Made by a program: the position numbers and the translations under genes. This document shows positions 47,701-60,242 of a stretch of DNA of 64,000 bases, one piece after another. The notes beneath the pieces were generated by a model that searched no databases, was not told the origin of the DNA, and saw only the letters and a program-made list of their open reading frames with translations. Location: positions 1 to 64,000 of the forward strand of contig JAUCBJ010006805.1 of assembly GCA_032718475.1 (NCBI GenBank). The letters are read 5' to 3'. Origin of the DNA: Nemertoderma westbladi (Eukaryota; Animalia; Xenacoelomorpha). How positions within the stretch are numbered: position 1 is the stretch's first letter; each line of letters opens with the position of its first letter.

Positions 47701-48684
47701 GTGCCGTGTACATTTAGTGAAGGTCTTAAATCAGCTGGCCGAGGTTTTTTTTACTACTAAAGTTTTTTTACTTTTTTTTAAATAGTATTTTAACATAAGA
47801 TAATAATTATATAATTTTGACACGAAGCACGGAAACACGAGCACCAATGATAAATAATACTAATTATGTATAAGATAAGAATTGTATAATTTTACAGAAT
47901 TTTATGAATAAAAATAGGCCAAAAAATATTAATACGACTTATAAAAGATATGTTATATGAAATTGATGTTTAAACTTCTGTGCCCAACACAATTACCAGA
48001 TACTATATTTGTATGTTGATTTAATTATTATTGCGTACCCAACATTTAACGATCAGGAATTCAGGCACATTTAATCTATTAATATACTATGATTTATGCT
48101 ATTAAAATTATTTAAGATTGTGCAGGTGTTAATAATATTTGTTTCGATTTGGTATTTATACTTGTACATAGATAATGGCAGAATAAACCCAAACAAAATC
48201 GAAACTCAACCTTCATTTTCATAAATCATCTAACTACTACTTCTACTATTCACAAAATTATGGAACAAGATCAGTAACTGAAAATAAGTTTCAACACCCT
48301 CTGTGAAATTAAATGTAGCCATTTCGAACTTCATTAACGATTAATATACGGAACGGATGTATCTATGTACCTTGTAATAGTCCCTTCTGATTATTTTTAA
48401 CAGGAAAAAAACCGATGGTACTACCATGTGAACTATATTAAAAAACTGAATAAACTTCCAATTTTGTGACAATTTGAAAAAATGTGATTCCCTCTCCCCA
48501 GACGCATTCCGTATCATTGTGGCCAACTCTATGGCTGGGATCGGGAACCCATGGATAAGCGCGATTTCTTCTGGGCAGATAAGCTTTCTATTAGCGCAGT
48601 GGGTATTCAAGAGCACCGAATGCATACTGGACAGACTGACGAGGTTCTGATAAAGGAAATGGGGGGCGGTTGGCGACTCGCTAC

Positions 48685-49030
48685 GAAGCTACAGTGAACG
48701 ATCAATCATGGCGCAGTTTCGGTCCGGTGTTTTGCCGTTGGGTATTGAAGTGGGTCGATATCAGGGCAAACCCTTAGAAGATAGAATATGTTGTCTATGT
48801 AAGTCGGGCGAAATTGAAGACGAAAGTCATTTCTTGTATAAATGTGACGCCCTAGATAGGAGTCTCTTCCCACAAGATTTTTATGATGTTGAGAATAGCC
48901 AGAAGTTGAAATTTTTAATGTGCAATGACCAAGTAAATAGTGCACGGTTGTCGAGGGGTTTGTACAATTGTAGGTGCGAAATAATAAATGGAATAATTTA
49001 ATTTGATTTGTATCTAATTTGTGATGTAAA
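48685..49030 (+). mobile_element. 3' fragment of a non-LTR retrotransposon ORF2 (C-terminal zinc finger); truncated copy at 41827-42056
   Basis: AQFRSGVLPLGIEVGRY..R.C..C....EDESHFL..C motif. Confidence 0.75.
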
Positions 49031-49185
49031 TTGGTTAATTGTGTATTATTTGGTAGTTCAGTATTCGGTATTCTGATGGATATTCAGTATAAAATAATTT
49101 ATTTCCGAAAAAGGACACAATGAGAAGCTTTTAACCGCAATTCTAATAATATGAAACAACATTATTTAAAATTTGACTGAATATG

Positions 49186-49282
49186 TTATTGTGGGGCGAG
49201 CCACGAAGTTGGCGGAGCCTTAGCGAATTGACACTGTTAGGGGGTGGGTCAATTTATGCAAATAGTTGTCGTCGTCGTCGTT

Positions 49283-49369
<87 letters not shown>

Positions 49370-49762
49370 GTCGTCGTTACGATTTTGACATGCTAATAAC
49401 TTTGTCGGATTTAAAGCTGCCAAGTTGAAAATTTGAAGGTATCAATATGAGCAAAAGTTGAGATTTTTGAGAGACTTTCAGACACCATCAGTGCAATGGT
49501 CTCCCGCTAGAGGGCCACATGTCTAAACATTAAATGCCCTCCCATTTCTTTGCTTTTAATCCGTTTAAGCTGAAACTTGGCAGATATGTATCAGACCATT
49601 AGCTGTGACTTTCAAAGGAGGCGAATCCATCTGCAGTTCTCCAGTCTGCCGCTAGAGGGCCAACGTGACTATTTGCATAAATTGACCTACCCCCTAACAG
49701 TGTCAATTCGCTAAGGCTCTGCCAACTTCGTGCTGCGCGAAGTCCCCACTTCGTGTATTGTT
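49186..49762 (+). mobile_element. Non-autonomous Helentron/DINE-like element or MITE with ~65-bp subterminal inverted repeats and a (GTC)n microsatellite
   Basis: CACGAAGTTGGC...GCAAATAGT (49202-49266) is inverted at 49668-49732. (GTC)n at 49268-49376. 3' hairpin CGAAGT-CCCC-ACTTCG. Confidence 0.7.
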
Positions 49763-49959
49763 TTGTATGTTAGGTTGGGGGGGGGGGGGGGGGGGGGGGG
49801 GGGTGGCATAGAAGGTTCATGGTAGAAATTACAAAATTTTGGGCTCACAAACCTTCACGGCGCCGGGGTCTACAACAACAACGACAGTCCGGCCGCTGCC
49901 ATTATTCTGAGTGGGACTAACATTGCGGCTTCTAATACTTGCGGTGCTTGTTTACATAT

Positions 49960-50540
49960 CGCAGCACTTCCAATAGTAAATGAGGTGGCACATTTCCCAG
50001 CATGGTTGCGGTTCTAAATAGTACATAAGGTGGCACATTTCCCAGTATGGTTGCGCTTCTAAATAGTACATGAGGTGGCATATTTCCCAGCATGGTTTTG
50101 GCTTCCAATAGTACATGAGGTGGCACATTTCCCAGTATGGTTGCATATACTAATAGTACAAAAGGTAGCAGACATCCCAGTGTTTCTAATAGTAAATGCG
50201 GTGACATATTTCGCGCAGTATGGTTGCGGTTTAATAATAGTACACAAGGTGGCATACATCCCAGTATAGTTTCGGCTTCTAATAGTAAATGAGGTGGCAT
50301 ATTTCCCAGCATGGTTTCGGCTTCTAATAGTACATAAGGTGGCAGACATCGCAGTATGGTTTCGGCTTCTAATAGTAAATGAGGTGGCATATTTCCCAGC
50401 ATGGTTTCGGCTTCTAATAGTACATAAGGTGGCAGACATCGCAGTATGGTTTCGGCTTCTAATAGTAAATGAGGTGGCATATTTCCCAGCATGGTTTCGG
50501 CTTCTAATAGTACATGAGGTGGCAGACATCGCAGTATGGC
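49960..50540. repeat. 45/90-bp minisatellite in the kinase tail
   Basis: Units of GGTGGCATATTTCCCAGCATGGTTTCGGCTTCTAATAGTACATAA and variants. Confidence 0.9.
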
Positions 50541-50602
50541 TGCCACAGTTGGTAGTTGACTCAGTTTCTTGGAACCGGGTCGACCCCCATCGAGCTTGGA
50601 GT

Positions 50603-50900
50603 GACCCGGTTCCGCGGATCCACCAGCGGGGGAGCGACCCGGTTCCGCGGATCCACCAGCGGGGGAGCGACCCGGTTCCGCGGATCCACCAGCGGGGGAG
50701 CGACCCGGTTCCGCGGGTCCACCCGCGGGGGAGCGACCCGGTTCCGCGGATCCACCCGCGGGGGAGCGACCCGGTTCCGCGGATCCAACAGCGGGGGAGC
50801 GACCTGGTTCCGCGGATCCACCAGCGGGGGAGCGACCCGGTTCCACGGATCCACCAGCGGGGGAGCGACCCGGTTCCACGGATCCACCCGCGGGGGATCT
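50603..50900. repeat. 33-bp GC-rich minisatellite (PGRSPAGGSAE, ~9 units)
   Basis: GACCCGGTTCCGCGGATCCACCAGCGGGGGAGC repeated. Confidence 0.92.
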
Positions 50901-52617
50901 AGCCGGGTTCTGGTCTGACGAGGAGCAGGAAACGGTATAGTACGATAACGATAGGGATTCTCTAGCTGGTTTATTGTCGACAACGGGTGGGGGGACTACT
51001 TGGGTAATAGGTGTGGTATAGGATTCGGTGGGGCAGAGATCCCGTAACTTCTTCAGACAATCAACGACCTCGGTCATATCCATGCGGTCTCCAGGTTTCT
51101 GGGCCCAGCACTTTGTGAAGATGTTGACTGCGCCAGGGGGGGGCAGTCCTCGACGTAGTAGCCACTAGTTGTATCAGGCCTCCGTTCCTTGGCGTAGGAA
51201 TCCATTATTTGGTACGCAGTGGTGCGTTCCGGGAAGGGTTAACACGCCCCACATAATAACCCCGAAGGAGAAACAGTCGGCCTTTTCGTCGTATTTCTTG
51301 CCCTTGATCACCTGATGGAGAGAAATAAAGAGCTGTAAAGTGACATGATAAGGCCTCGTTGGGTGTAAACGTTACGCCGACAGCTGACAACCGACAGCAG
51401 ACAACCGACGGTTGTCACTTTTCGGTCGATATACTGTATTATATATTATACTACTGTATATATGAAGAATTTGTATTTGTTTTAAGAATATGGTGTATTT
51501 ATTAAATATAATAAAATAGCCTAGCGCTGATGCAAAACCATGCAACTTTTGAAAGCCCGCCTCAGCTATTTCTCAACGAAATTCAGGTTGTGCTACATAT
51601 TTGGAATCCGTGCATGGCCAGCTTTCTAGCAATACCAACTACAGTAACAGCTAGTAAGAATAACTGCGGTGTAACTGGTGCAATATCGCTGGAGAAACTT
51701 TTTTTAAACGCTTGTAGCTAAAGATTGAAAGCAAAATATAAAAAATTCTGGCTCACCCAGTCAGTGGTCGGGAGGTGAAACTATCCCTGTTTCAAATTTC
51801 ATGCAATCTCATTAAGATTTGTAGAAAAATTAGGGGGGCGGTTGGGGGGGGGGGGGGGGGGGGGTGTCACTGAATTACGACACTATATTCCGGGACATGG
51901 TGTACTGACTGTGTGACATTTTTTTACATTGCTACCCTTCTTATGCAGTACAATTGAATGACATTCAATAAGTAGTCCCATAAGGGCCCAATTGGAAAGT
52001 TAACGTCATTGGCGGGTTGTGGTGTTTTAGTAACCATAGTAACAGGAGCATGTTACAAGCAAAGTAATACAATGCTTAACCGTGCCAGTCTGTTTCGTTA
52101 GGCAGCTAGTGCTATGGAGGGAGATGGGCAGAGGGGGCACTATAATGCGTATGGTAGAGTTCGGTGCACGAACCGGAGCAGAACCGGCAGACACATTCAT
52201 CGGAGAGATTATGAAACGGTGTAGCGGTGGAACAGATCTTATGGTGGAAGCCGTGGGCAGTTAGACCAAAAAATGTACTATTAATAATTGGACCATTTCC
52301 AATTATATTGGAAGTGTAAAGAAGGTTACTTACTAATACCACTGCTATATTATGGATAGCCAGTAATCGTCACGCAACATGACCTTCCAATAAACTCTGC
52401 TGTGTTATGGATAGTCAGTATTCTTTAAGTATCGTCATGGGTGACCTTTAAATTATTGGTAGTGTCTTTGATAAGATAGTTCATTACCTTAAATAATGTA
52501 GGATTAATTTATTTTATAAGTATAGAGTTTAAAAGAACACAAGGCTCAATTTCGTTTAGAAATGATTACTTTTATTGTTGTTATTTAATTACCGTTAATA
52601 ATGGTTTTCGGATTTGG

Positions 52618-52746
52618 TTGTCGGCTGTCGGTTGTCGGCTATCGGTTGTCGGCTCTCGGTTCTCGTTTGTCTGCTGTCGGTTGTCAGTTGTCTGCTGTCA
52701 GTTGTCGGCTCTCGGTTGTCTGCTGTCGGTTGTCTGCTCTCGGTTG
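52618..52746. repeat. Degenerate 7-bp microsatellite (TGTCGGT/CTGTCGG)
   Basis: Direct inspection. Inverse units also occur at 51377-51410. Confidence 0.8.
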
Positions 52747-52754
52747 CTTGGGGG

Positions 52755-53010
52755 TAAAGTAAAGCAAAGTTTTTCTTCGGCCATTAGGTCAGGACTATAC
52801 ATCAGAACTATACTCCCCAGAGGAAACTCCAGTACTCATTTACAGTAGCTACCACTTAAGGATGCAAGGCAGAGATGAGCCCTGACCAGTACCTTTAAAG
52901 AATTCGTTACGCAACGAAAATTACCCTGGCCCAATGCGGGGATCGAACCCACGACCTCCGGAGAGAGGTGAATTAAATGAAAGGTATTTAACCACTACTC
53001 CAAGGAGAGG
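52755..53010 (-). mobile_element. tRNA-derived SINE in the kinase intron
   Basis: Minus strand: A box TGGAGTAGTGG, B box GGTTCGATCCC, central CTGTAAATGAGTACTGG core, (TTTAC)n tail. Confidence 0.75.
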
Positions 53011-53901
53011 TTAATCTTGAGTAATCTTTAGAGTAGTTTGGGAGTAATCAGCTGTTATTCTCATCGTGCCACATGCAATAAAATATGCAATACAAAATGT
53101 ACAGCGCAAGCTAGGGAAAACACCTTGACCCATGAACCCACCCTAAAGTGCGTTAGTTAAAGGGTCTTGCTAGAGCTAGACAAAAATTTAAACTTTTCAA
53201 TATGAGTTTTTTGACATTCGTAATCAGTTTGAAACAATTCACTGAGATTTGACGGTGTTATTAACGTTCAAATATTTGGAGGGACAAACGACATATTGAT
53301 TAATGATACACCTATGTTAAGGGACACCTTACTAAATGGCTCGCTCCACAATAAGTCCTTGATAGTAGTATTTGAGTAGCACGCAATATGCCTAAAGTTA
53401 AATTTAAGATGAATTGAACATATTTAAGGAGAATATGTATATTTATTTACGCATAAAATACAAGTACAATTTGGAAAATACGGGTGTTAAGTGAAAGCAT
53501 TCAGTACTGTGTTATGGTTTATGCCCCTGCCCTATATCCACAACATAGGATATAATAAAACTTTAGATTTATACTGTAGGTGTAGACCTACTAACTAGAC
53601 TTAGTCAGTTGTAACTATTAAACAATATCGTACAGTAATTATCCTAAGGCCTCAGGGGGGTAGCGGGTGGGTGGGGTTGGTAACAAGTGCATACTCTCAT
53701 TAAATACTTTAGTTTAATCGTGTTAGGTATAGGTTTAGATTTATTACATCACTATATTGGATATTATACGAGTCCTATGGGCTCAATCAATCAATCAATA
53801 GATTTAATTTGAAATGGAATTAAAACATGTAAGACTGTATAAGGTAATTACCATTATTTATGATAAATACCATTATGTTTTAGTATCGATGCAACACATA
53901 C

Positions 53902-54459
53902 CTCGGGTGACATCCAGGCATATGTCCCCCGGTCGGGGGTCATCGTTGTAGTTTCTGATACATCGCGAGCTGTACCGAAATCCGCGATCTTAAGCAACCG
54001 CCCTTCATTCAACAGTAACAGATTGCCGGGTTTTAGGTCTCTGTGGATCATCGGTTTGGGTTTCATCGAGTGCAGATAGGCCACTCCCTTGGCGCATTGT
54101 AGCAGCCAACTCAGCCCCAAACCTAAACCGTAAGTGTAATACGGTTTACCAGGTCTAGGGTGGAGTACTTTCTCTAACGACCCGTTCTCTGCGAACTCCA
54201 TCACTAAAATGTTGGACTCGCAGTCGAACGCAAATAACTTAATGACATTGAGATGGTTGAGCTTCATGAATTGTTCTTTTTCTAAGAGAAAATGTTTATC
54301 AACTTCGAAGCATTTGATGGCCACTTTGATAGAACCTTGGTAAGTTCCTCTAAATACCTTGCCGTAAGTTCCTGAATTCACGAACTCTTCCCTTGTTAAC
54401 ATTGATTCATTTATACGTTCCGAAACGACGCAATTGATGGGTGATTTAATGGCCATCAT
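53902..54459 (-). CDS. Exon 1 of a TAK1/MAP3K7-like (TKL) protein kinase, subdomains I-VIII
   Basis: SGTYGKV, VAIK, LVMEFAENGSL, QCAKGVAYLHSMKPKPMIHRDLKPGNLLL, KIADFGTA, GTYAWMSPE. Donor site GAG|GTATGT at 53902/53901. Confidence 0.9.
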
Positions 54460-55080
54460 GGCTATAATGCAAACCGTAAACGACCAGTGGATGATGGTAG
54501 CTTCTCCTTCTGTGATAACATATCAGCTCTCTTCTATCAGTCTATACAGTCCACAGAGCAGATAATGCAAATTATCAGTTTGAGTTAAGTTACTGTATTT
54601 ATCTTAGTGAAATAAACCTTGAAGGCTACCGTACAACGCAATGGAGATCAGAGATGGTGAGAGGGAGTCAACGCATAGGCCTACTGCTGTACTGGTCAGC
54701 CATGGTATATGTAGGGGTAGGGCAGGCCTAACAAAAATTTACTATTGTAAAGCAACATTCTATTTGCTACAAAAAAGACAAAGAAATAAATTATAATATT
54801 CCATGTATAATGTGAAATGTGCCGCCTTGTAAAGCAGTAAAACTATCAGGTAAGTTTTGTATTTCACGAAACAACTTGCAAATTGTATAAACCATGCAGT
54901 ATACTGGTACACACAGTTACAGGTCATATTCTATTTATCATAGGCATGCAGTGCTTTGAACAGCATCGTACGAGGATGAAGACATAAGATGGACTGAAAA
55001 AAACAATGTAAATTTGTAATATTATTTCATATTAAGGAATGTTAGATTACATACAGTACAGCAGTAGGCCTATATTAATA

Positions 55081-57905
55081 TTACTACTACTAGGTCGAGC
55101 GAACTCGGACAGTGGAAATGAGATCCTTCCAGGCTTCCCGATTCTCCATAGTTGTCGCAATTTCGTTTTTCCCAAGTTCAGTATCCCTTTCAAGTTGATT
55201 TATATATGTTATGGCCGGTCGTCCACGACTACGCGTTCCATGAGTTGGTTGCCAGAGAAGTAGATCTGGTATGACCTCGTCTTTACTTCGCCAGCAGTGC
55301 CCACTGAATCTTAATCTGCGTTCACGGAGGGTGGTTGATTTGATACAGGTGGTATTGTACCATAAAGCTCGGCGTTTGTCATGTGTTGTCTCCAGCTGAT
55401 GTTTAGGGCTGCCCTTAGTAGTCTTGTGTAGCAACCATCAATTCGTTGTTCAAGTGATTTAGTCAGTGTCCAGGTCTCACCCCCATATAAAAATACACTT
55501 TCCACTGTGGCTCGAAAGAACTTAGTCTTCAGGTGCCTGGAGAGATCTGATTTCCAGATGGTATCCATTTTTGATAGAGCTACCCAAGCCTTTGCTTTCC
55601 TAACTTCTATGTCCTTTTTGCTACTCTTACTCTCTATCCATGATCCAAGGTACTGGAAGTCGTCGACCTTCCTTAGTTGATTATTATCAATGGTTGTCAA
55701 GTTTCCATCAACATTAAAGGCCATGAATTCGATCTTGGTAGCATTTATATGCAATCCAACCTCCTTAGCAGCCCTCTCCACTTTATTTAGTAGAAGCTGT
55801 GCATATGCTAGCGTATTAGAGAGCAGGACGATGTCATCCGCAAAGTCGGTGTCTGTGACTGTACTACTAGGATCGGCATGCTGCATTGCAGCTGCATTTT
55901 TAAGAATGCTGTGCCGGCTTGTCAACAAAATTGCACCGCCACAACTCCCTATCACCCATGACATTTGCTAGATCATCCGCATCTTTAAGGCCAGTGTCCT
56001 TTAAGATGCGTCTCAAGAAAGTCATGGGCTGTCCACCATGCTTATTCACTCCATGAGGCCGCCAAAGCACAAGATCATGCACTGGCTGGTCCTCACGGCG
56101 AAAGCAATGTCCTGCAAAGCGGAGGCGATTTTGTTCTAGTGTCAAGCTTGGGGGAACCAATGAGACACCTCCAATGTTATATAGTGTCTGGTTGAAGATG
56201 TGTGCATTGTACTTGACACAATGTACCCGGCGTAGCATTCTTGTGAATGTGCCATCCAGAGATTTGGTGTCCTCAGCAGTTAGAGCCCAGCATGGACTCC
56301 CGTAGAGGAGTACTGGAACTACTGCTGCTCTAAATAATCGGACCTTAAGTTTCCGATTAATTCTAGGTGACTTCCAAATCCTGGACACCCTATTCAAGGC
56401 TGCCCATGCCTTTCCCTTACGTATTCGAAGGTCCTCACCTGACTTCCGGATCCATGATCCCAGGTAACAGAAGTCGTCCACATGCTCAAGCATACCATCC
56501 TTTGAGCTTATGCTCATCCGATCAGAGACTTGCTGAGGACTTTCAAAGTTAACTGTCAGAATTTTGGTCTTTCTGGAGTTAATAAAAAGACCAACACTAG
56601 AAGCAGCATGTTCTAATGAGCTGAGGAGCCGCTGGGCTCCCTCTAATGATTCTGAGAGTACTCCTAAGTCATCAGCAAAGTCTAGATCAGTTAGGTACTT
56701 GGCAGGATTTCCTCGACTTCTGGAGCCAGTAGGTGGAGTTAGCATCACCCCATCATCATTATGATGATCTAAGGACATGCGTAGAACATAGTCAACCACA
56801 ATAATGAACAAAATCTGTGACTGTAGTTGCCGGATATCTACTACTTCTGCGTTCTTAAAGTGTGAATCCCAGATCTTCACCCTTTGTGGCAGTCCTCATT
56901 GCGTAATCCAGCACAATTACAAATAGTAATGGTGCTAATGTGTCACCTTGCAGTACGCCAGCCAGGATTGAGAAAAACTCAGTTTCACCATCTGGTGAGA
57001 GTACCTGCGCTTCTGTGTCACAATATAGCAATCCAATGCCAGCCACAATTACTTCTGGTATTCCATAAGCTCTTAGGATTTCAAGCATTTTACCTCTATG
57101 GATGGAGTCGAATGCCTTTTTGAAGTCCACAAAAGGCATGACTGCGGGGAGATTTTTTGACTTAATTCCTTCAATCAGTCTCCGTAGTGCAAGTATCTGA
57201 GCTATTGTTGATCTACTTGGTCGAAATCCGTTTTGGCTCTTACGCAGTAATTTCTCATGTGAGGCCTAATCCTATATAGAATCATTTTATTGTATATTTT
57301 GGCAGCTACCACAAGCAGACAGATCCCACTATAGTTTGTTGGTATGCCGAGGTCTCCTTTCTTGGAGAGGCTTTAGTTGACCTTTAGTCCAAATTGGTGG
57401 TGGCTTTTCCCCTTTTAACATCCGGTTGCAAACATTCAATAATGGTCTGTTCGTCTGTTTAGCACTCCTGTTTTCCATACCTCCGCTGGGATTTAATCTA
57501 TAATCCACTCGCTTTATTATTGGACATGCTCTTAATGCTTCTTTGGAGTTCGGCAGGTGTGAAGTCCCCTGTTTCTATAGGTAGTGTCTTGTCATATATT
57601 TTCCTTGTAGGGCTGACCTCGATGTTTGGTGGCTGCCCAAGCAAGTTGCTGAAGTGATTTTTCCACTTCCCAACACGTTCTTCAGGACTATCAGCTTTGA
57701 GGCGCCCCTTTGCACAACTTTTCCGACCAGATACCTCATTTACAGTTTCCCAGGTAAGTCTTGATTGTTGCTGTATGGTATGTGAGCGGTTGTAATTGCT
57801 TCAATTTTATCCTGTATGTACTTTTCCTGGCTGATGCTGTAGGCCAATTCGAGATCGTCCTTAGCTTTCTCAACCTTGTTAATGTTTTCGGTTGTTGGTT
57901 GTGGC
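55081..57905 (-). mobile_element. Decayed RTE LINE (family 2), interrupted by a family-1 RTE
   Basis: FVDFKKAFDSI, GVLQGDTLAP, TDFADD, FQYLGS, RLRFSGHCWR. Frameshifts present. (TAG)n tail at 55081-55092. Confidence 0.9.
55864..56813 (-). mobile_element. 5'-truncated RTE family 1 copy
   Basis: Nearly identical to 22955-23905. 12-bp TSD TCTGTGACTGTA at 55852-55863 and 56814-56825. Confidence 0.93.
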
Positions 57906-57954
57906 TGGGGACCTGATCGCGTCCAGTCCCCCCCCCCCCCCCCCCCCCCTATTA

Positions 57955-58139
57955 TAAATAGTACATATTTATAACTAATAATATATCTAAGTAACTGGAA
58001 TAGGCATGGTCTATTACTTTCAGTTTCTTACAATAGTAGTATTTAATTAATAGTTAGTAACGAAAACTAACTGAAAGTAATAGGCCATGCCTATTCCAGT
58101 TACTTAAATATATTATTAGTTATAAATATGTACTATTTA
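57955..58139. repeat. Inverted repeat with ~71-bp arms and a ~43-bp spacer
   Basis: 57955-58025 versus 58069-58139, 2 mismatches. Confidence 0.9.
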
Positions 58140-58179
58140 ATAAATAAAAAATAATTCCTTGACCATCTCATTATCTATT

Positions 58180-60242
58180 ATTAGGTTTAACGTTATCAAC
58201 TTATTTTGCCATAAAGAGGACCATCAGTTAGATGCATCTTGGCATTTCTTTGCTTCATGCCATGGGAAGGGACCATGTGATGGGATTGGTGGGACAACGA
58301 AAAGGGAAATATCTAAAGTCTCCAGCGTCCAGTTAAAAACCAAATATGCTATGCAGCCCATACCAAATGTATGAAGTTACATGTGAAAGATTGACAGGGA
58401 TTCAGTGAGTATATAACTATATATATATAGAAGCGGATCCACAACAAAATCTAATCATAAAAAATATGTTTCAGTATCTTTAGGCAAAGCTGCATGTTGA
58501 TTAATCTTTTTCCTTTATTTAAAACATTTCATTGCTGTATCACAATAATTCTGATTTCATTTTATCTTGATATTCACATTGCATGTCACAGTTAAGTCAA
58601 GTCACAAATATTTTATCACATTCATCACGCAATTATTATATATATGAATTACGTTCTGGTAACATTCGGGTAACATTCTAAACAGGTACATTTGGATTTC
58701 AAAAGAAGAAGTTGATACCCAAGGAAGCTGAGCTGGAACCACGTTTCGCTAGAGTTTTGGAGTTGTTGCTCGAGTCCCCGGTATAAGAAGCTATCATAGG
58801 TTTGGTGCTTCACCTGAACATAAACTTGTATTCAGGGTTACCTCAGGATCTGAAGTGAATCAGTATCGCAAAGTTATGAGAGAGAGAGATAGATACCTGT
58901 CCGTCCACAAACCAGCTACAGTTGTTCCTTCTACTGTATATCTGCATCTTCTGATATTGAGGACTATTGCTATAACTGTAGGAAATCCTGGGAATCAGAC
59001 ACACACATAAATAAGAATCTATAGGTGCTCTGTGATAATTGTGACGTATCATGGGCATGCACTTATTGTTTGCCCAAGAACTTCAATTATGATTTAGACT
59101 TCATTTGTAATAAGTGTGGTTGAAAAATTGAGATATAAGTACAATATGCAATAGACTTCATCATCAATAAAATACTACTGTACCAAACTCAAATTGCTAA
59201 CTATTGAACTACCCAACTCACAGTCATACCTTATACTATAATAATACAACATGTACAAATACCTTAAGTAATTACTCACTATACCTTATCTATCTCGCAG
59301 TTCGCTTTTGATTCATAACTTGAAATAGGGCCTACCATACTGCCATATACAATATACTGTATATATGTATAGTCAATAAATTAATGGGAAGGGCACTTCA
59401 CGTCGCACGTGAGTGACCTCCACTGGTAACTAAATATATGCACATTTATTTCAGTTCCCCACAGTTTCTGACTAGGGCCTATTCGTTTTGGGAATATAAT
59501 TTAAAATTTAGTAATTTATCATAATATCTCACAAAAAAACTTATATTAATGCAAAAACTCATCATCAGAACTTCTTACGGAACATTGGAATGGAATCCAC
59601 CCGCCTCTGAAAATTTTTAGTTTTCTTTGTTGAGGTGCACATACTCAACCATTCCCAGTTTAGACTTCAAATTTTGACAGGGCACGCAGGGTGTACACTT
59701 CATATCAATGATGACAGGGTTAAAAGATCATGAGCATATCATTAATCAGATTGCATCACCAATGTCAGAATGTCGTCAAAGTAGCCCTTTTTCACGTTTT
59801 TGCAATTCTTCGCAAATATAAACATTCACAGTTCACACTGGGATGTCATGGATGTAGAATATGTTATAAAAATGGCATTTTTCAAAATTTCAATTTTTTA
59901 GAGGATTTTAATGTCTCATTGTCGCTTTCTGACAAATAGTTTACTAATTTCATTACTAAAATATGGACATTTACAGATTTATGTCTCCAATTGTTAAAAT
60001 CAAGCACAATTAATACAAAACTGATAATCAGAGCAAGTTTTAGACTCCACCATAAATAATGTGCTTCACTGAATTTTGAAAATAAGCGATAATTCAAACA
60101 GCGATATCTCGAGAACGAACCAATGAAATAAGCTGAAATTTTCAAAATACCATTTTTCACAAGTATCAACAAATGGTGAAAATTTCATCGAAAATCTCCG
60201 ACCCTTGCCACACCCATTCGTCGAGCTTGAATGGAATGACCC
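58180..60242 (+). mobile_element. Decayed DNA transposon 3' part (probably Sola2-like)
   Basis: Transposase remnant WHFFASCHGKGPCDGIGGTTKR. Ends in ...TGGAATGACCC, which resembles a TIR. The superfamily assignment is from memory. Confidence 0.6.

Larger units (their letters stand above)
35237..48914. repeat. Tandem segmental duplication, period 6858 bp (35237-42056 and ~42095-48914)
   Basis: All ORFs repeat at an offset of 6858. A handful of substitutions distinguish the copies. About 38 nt of AT-rich filler sits at the junction. Confidence 0.95.
49932..51311 (-). pseudogene. Exon 2 of a TAK1/MAP3K7-like kinase: subdomains IX-XI plus a tandem-repeat tail (two apparent frameshifts)
   Basis: Acceptor TTTCTCTCCATCAG|GTG. 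VIKGKKYDEKADCFSFGVIMWGVLT, then shifted AYQIMDSYAKERRP, then shifted IFTKCWAQKPGDRMDMTEVV leading into ORF 49932-51083. Confidence 0.8.

Noticed and set aside
49183-49428. Poly-Arg and poly-Asp ORFs
   Set aside because: Translations of the (GTC)n microsatellite.
50059-50983. Several overlapping repeat ORFs on both strands
   Set aside because: Stop-free minisatellite frames. Only 49932-51083 connects to kinase subdomain XI.
55311-55964. 217-aa chimeric ORF
   Set aside because: An artefact of the nested RTE 3' end reading into the host RTE frame.
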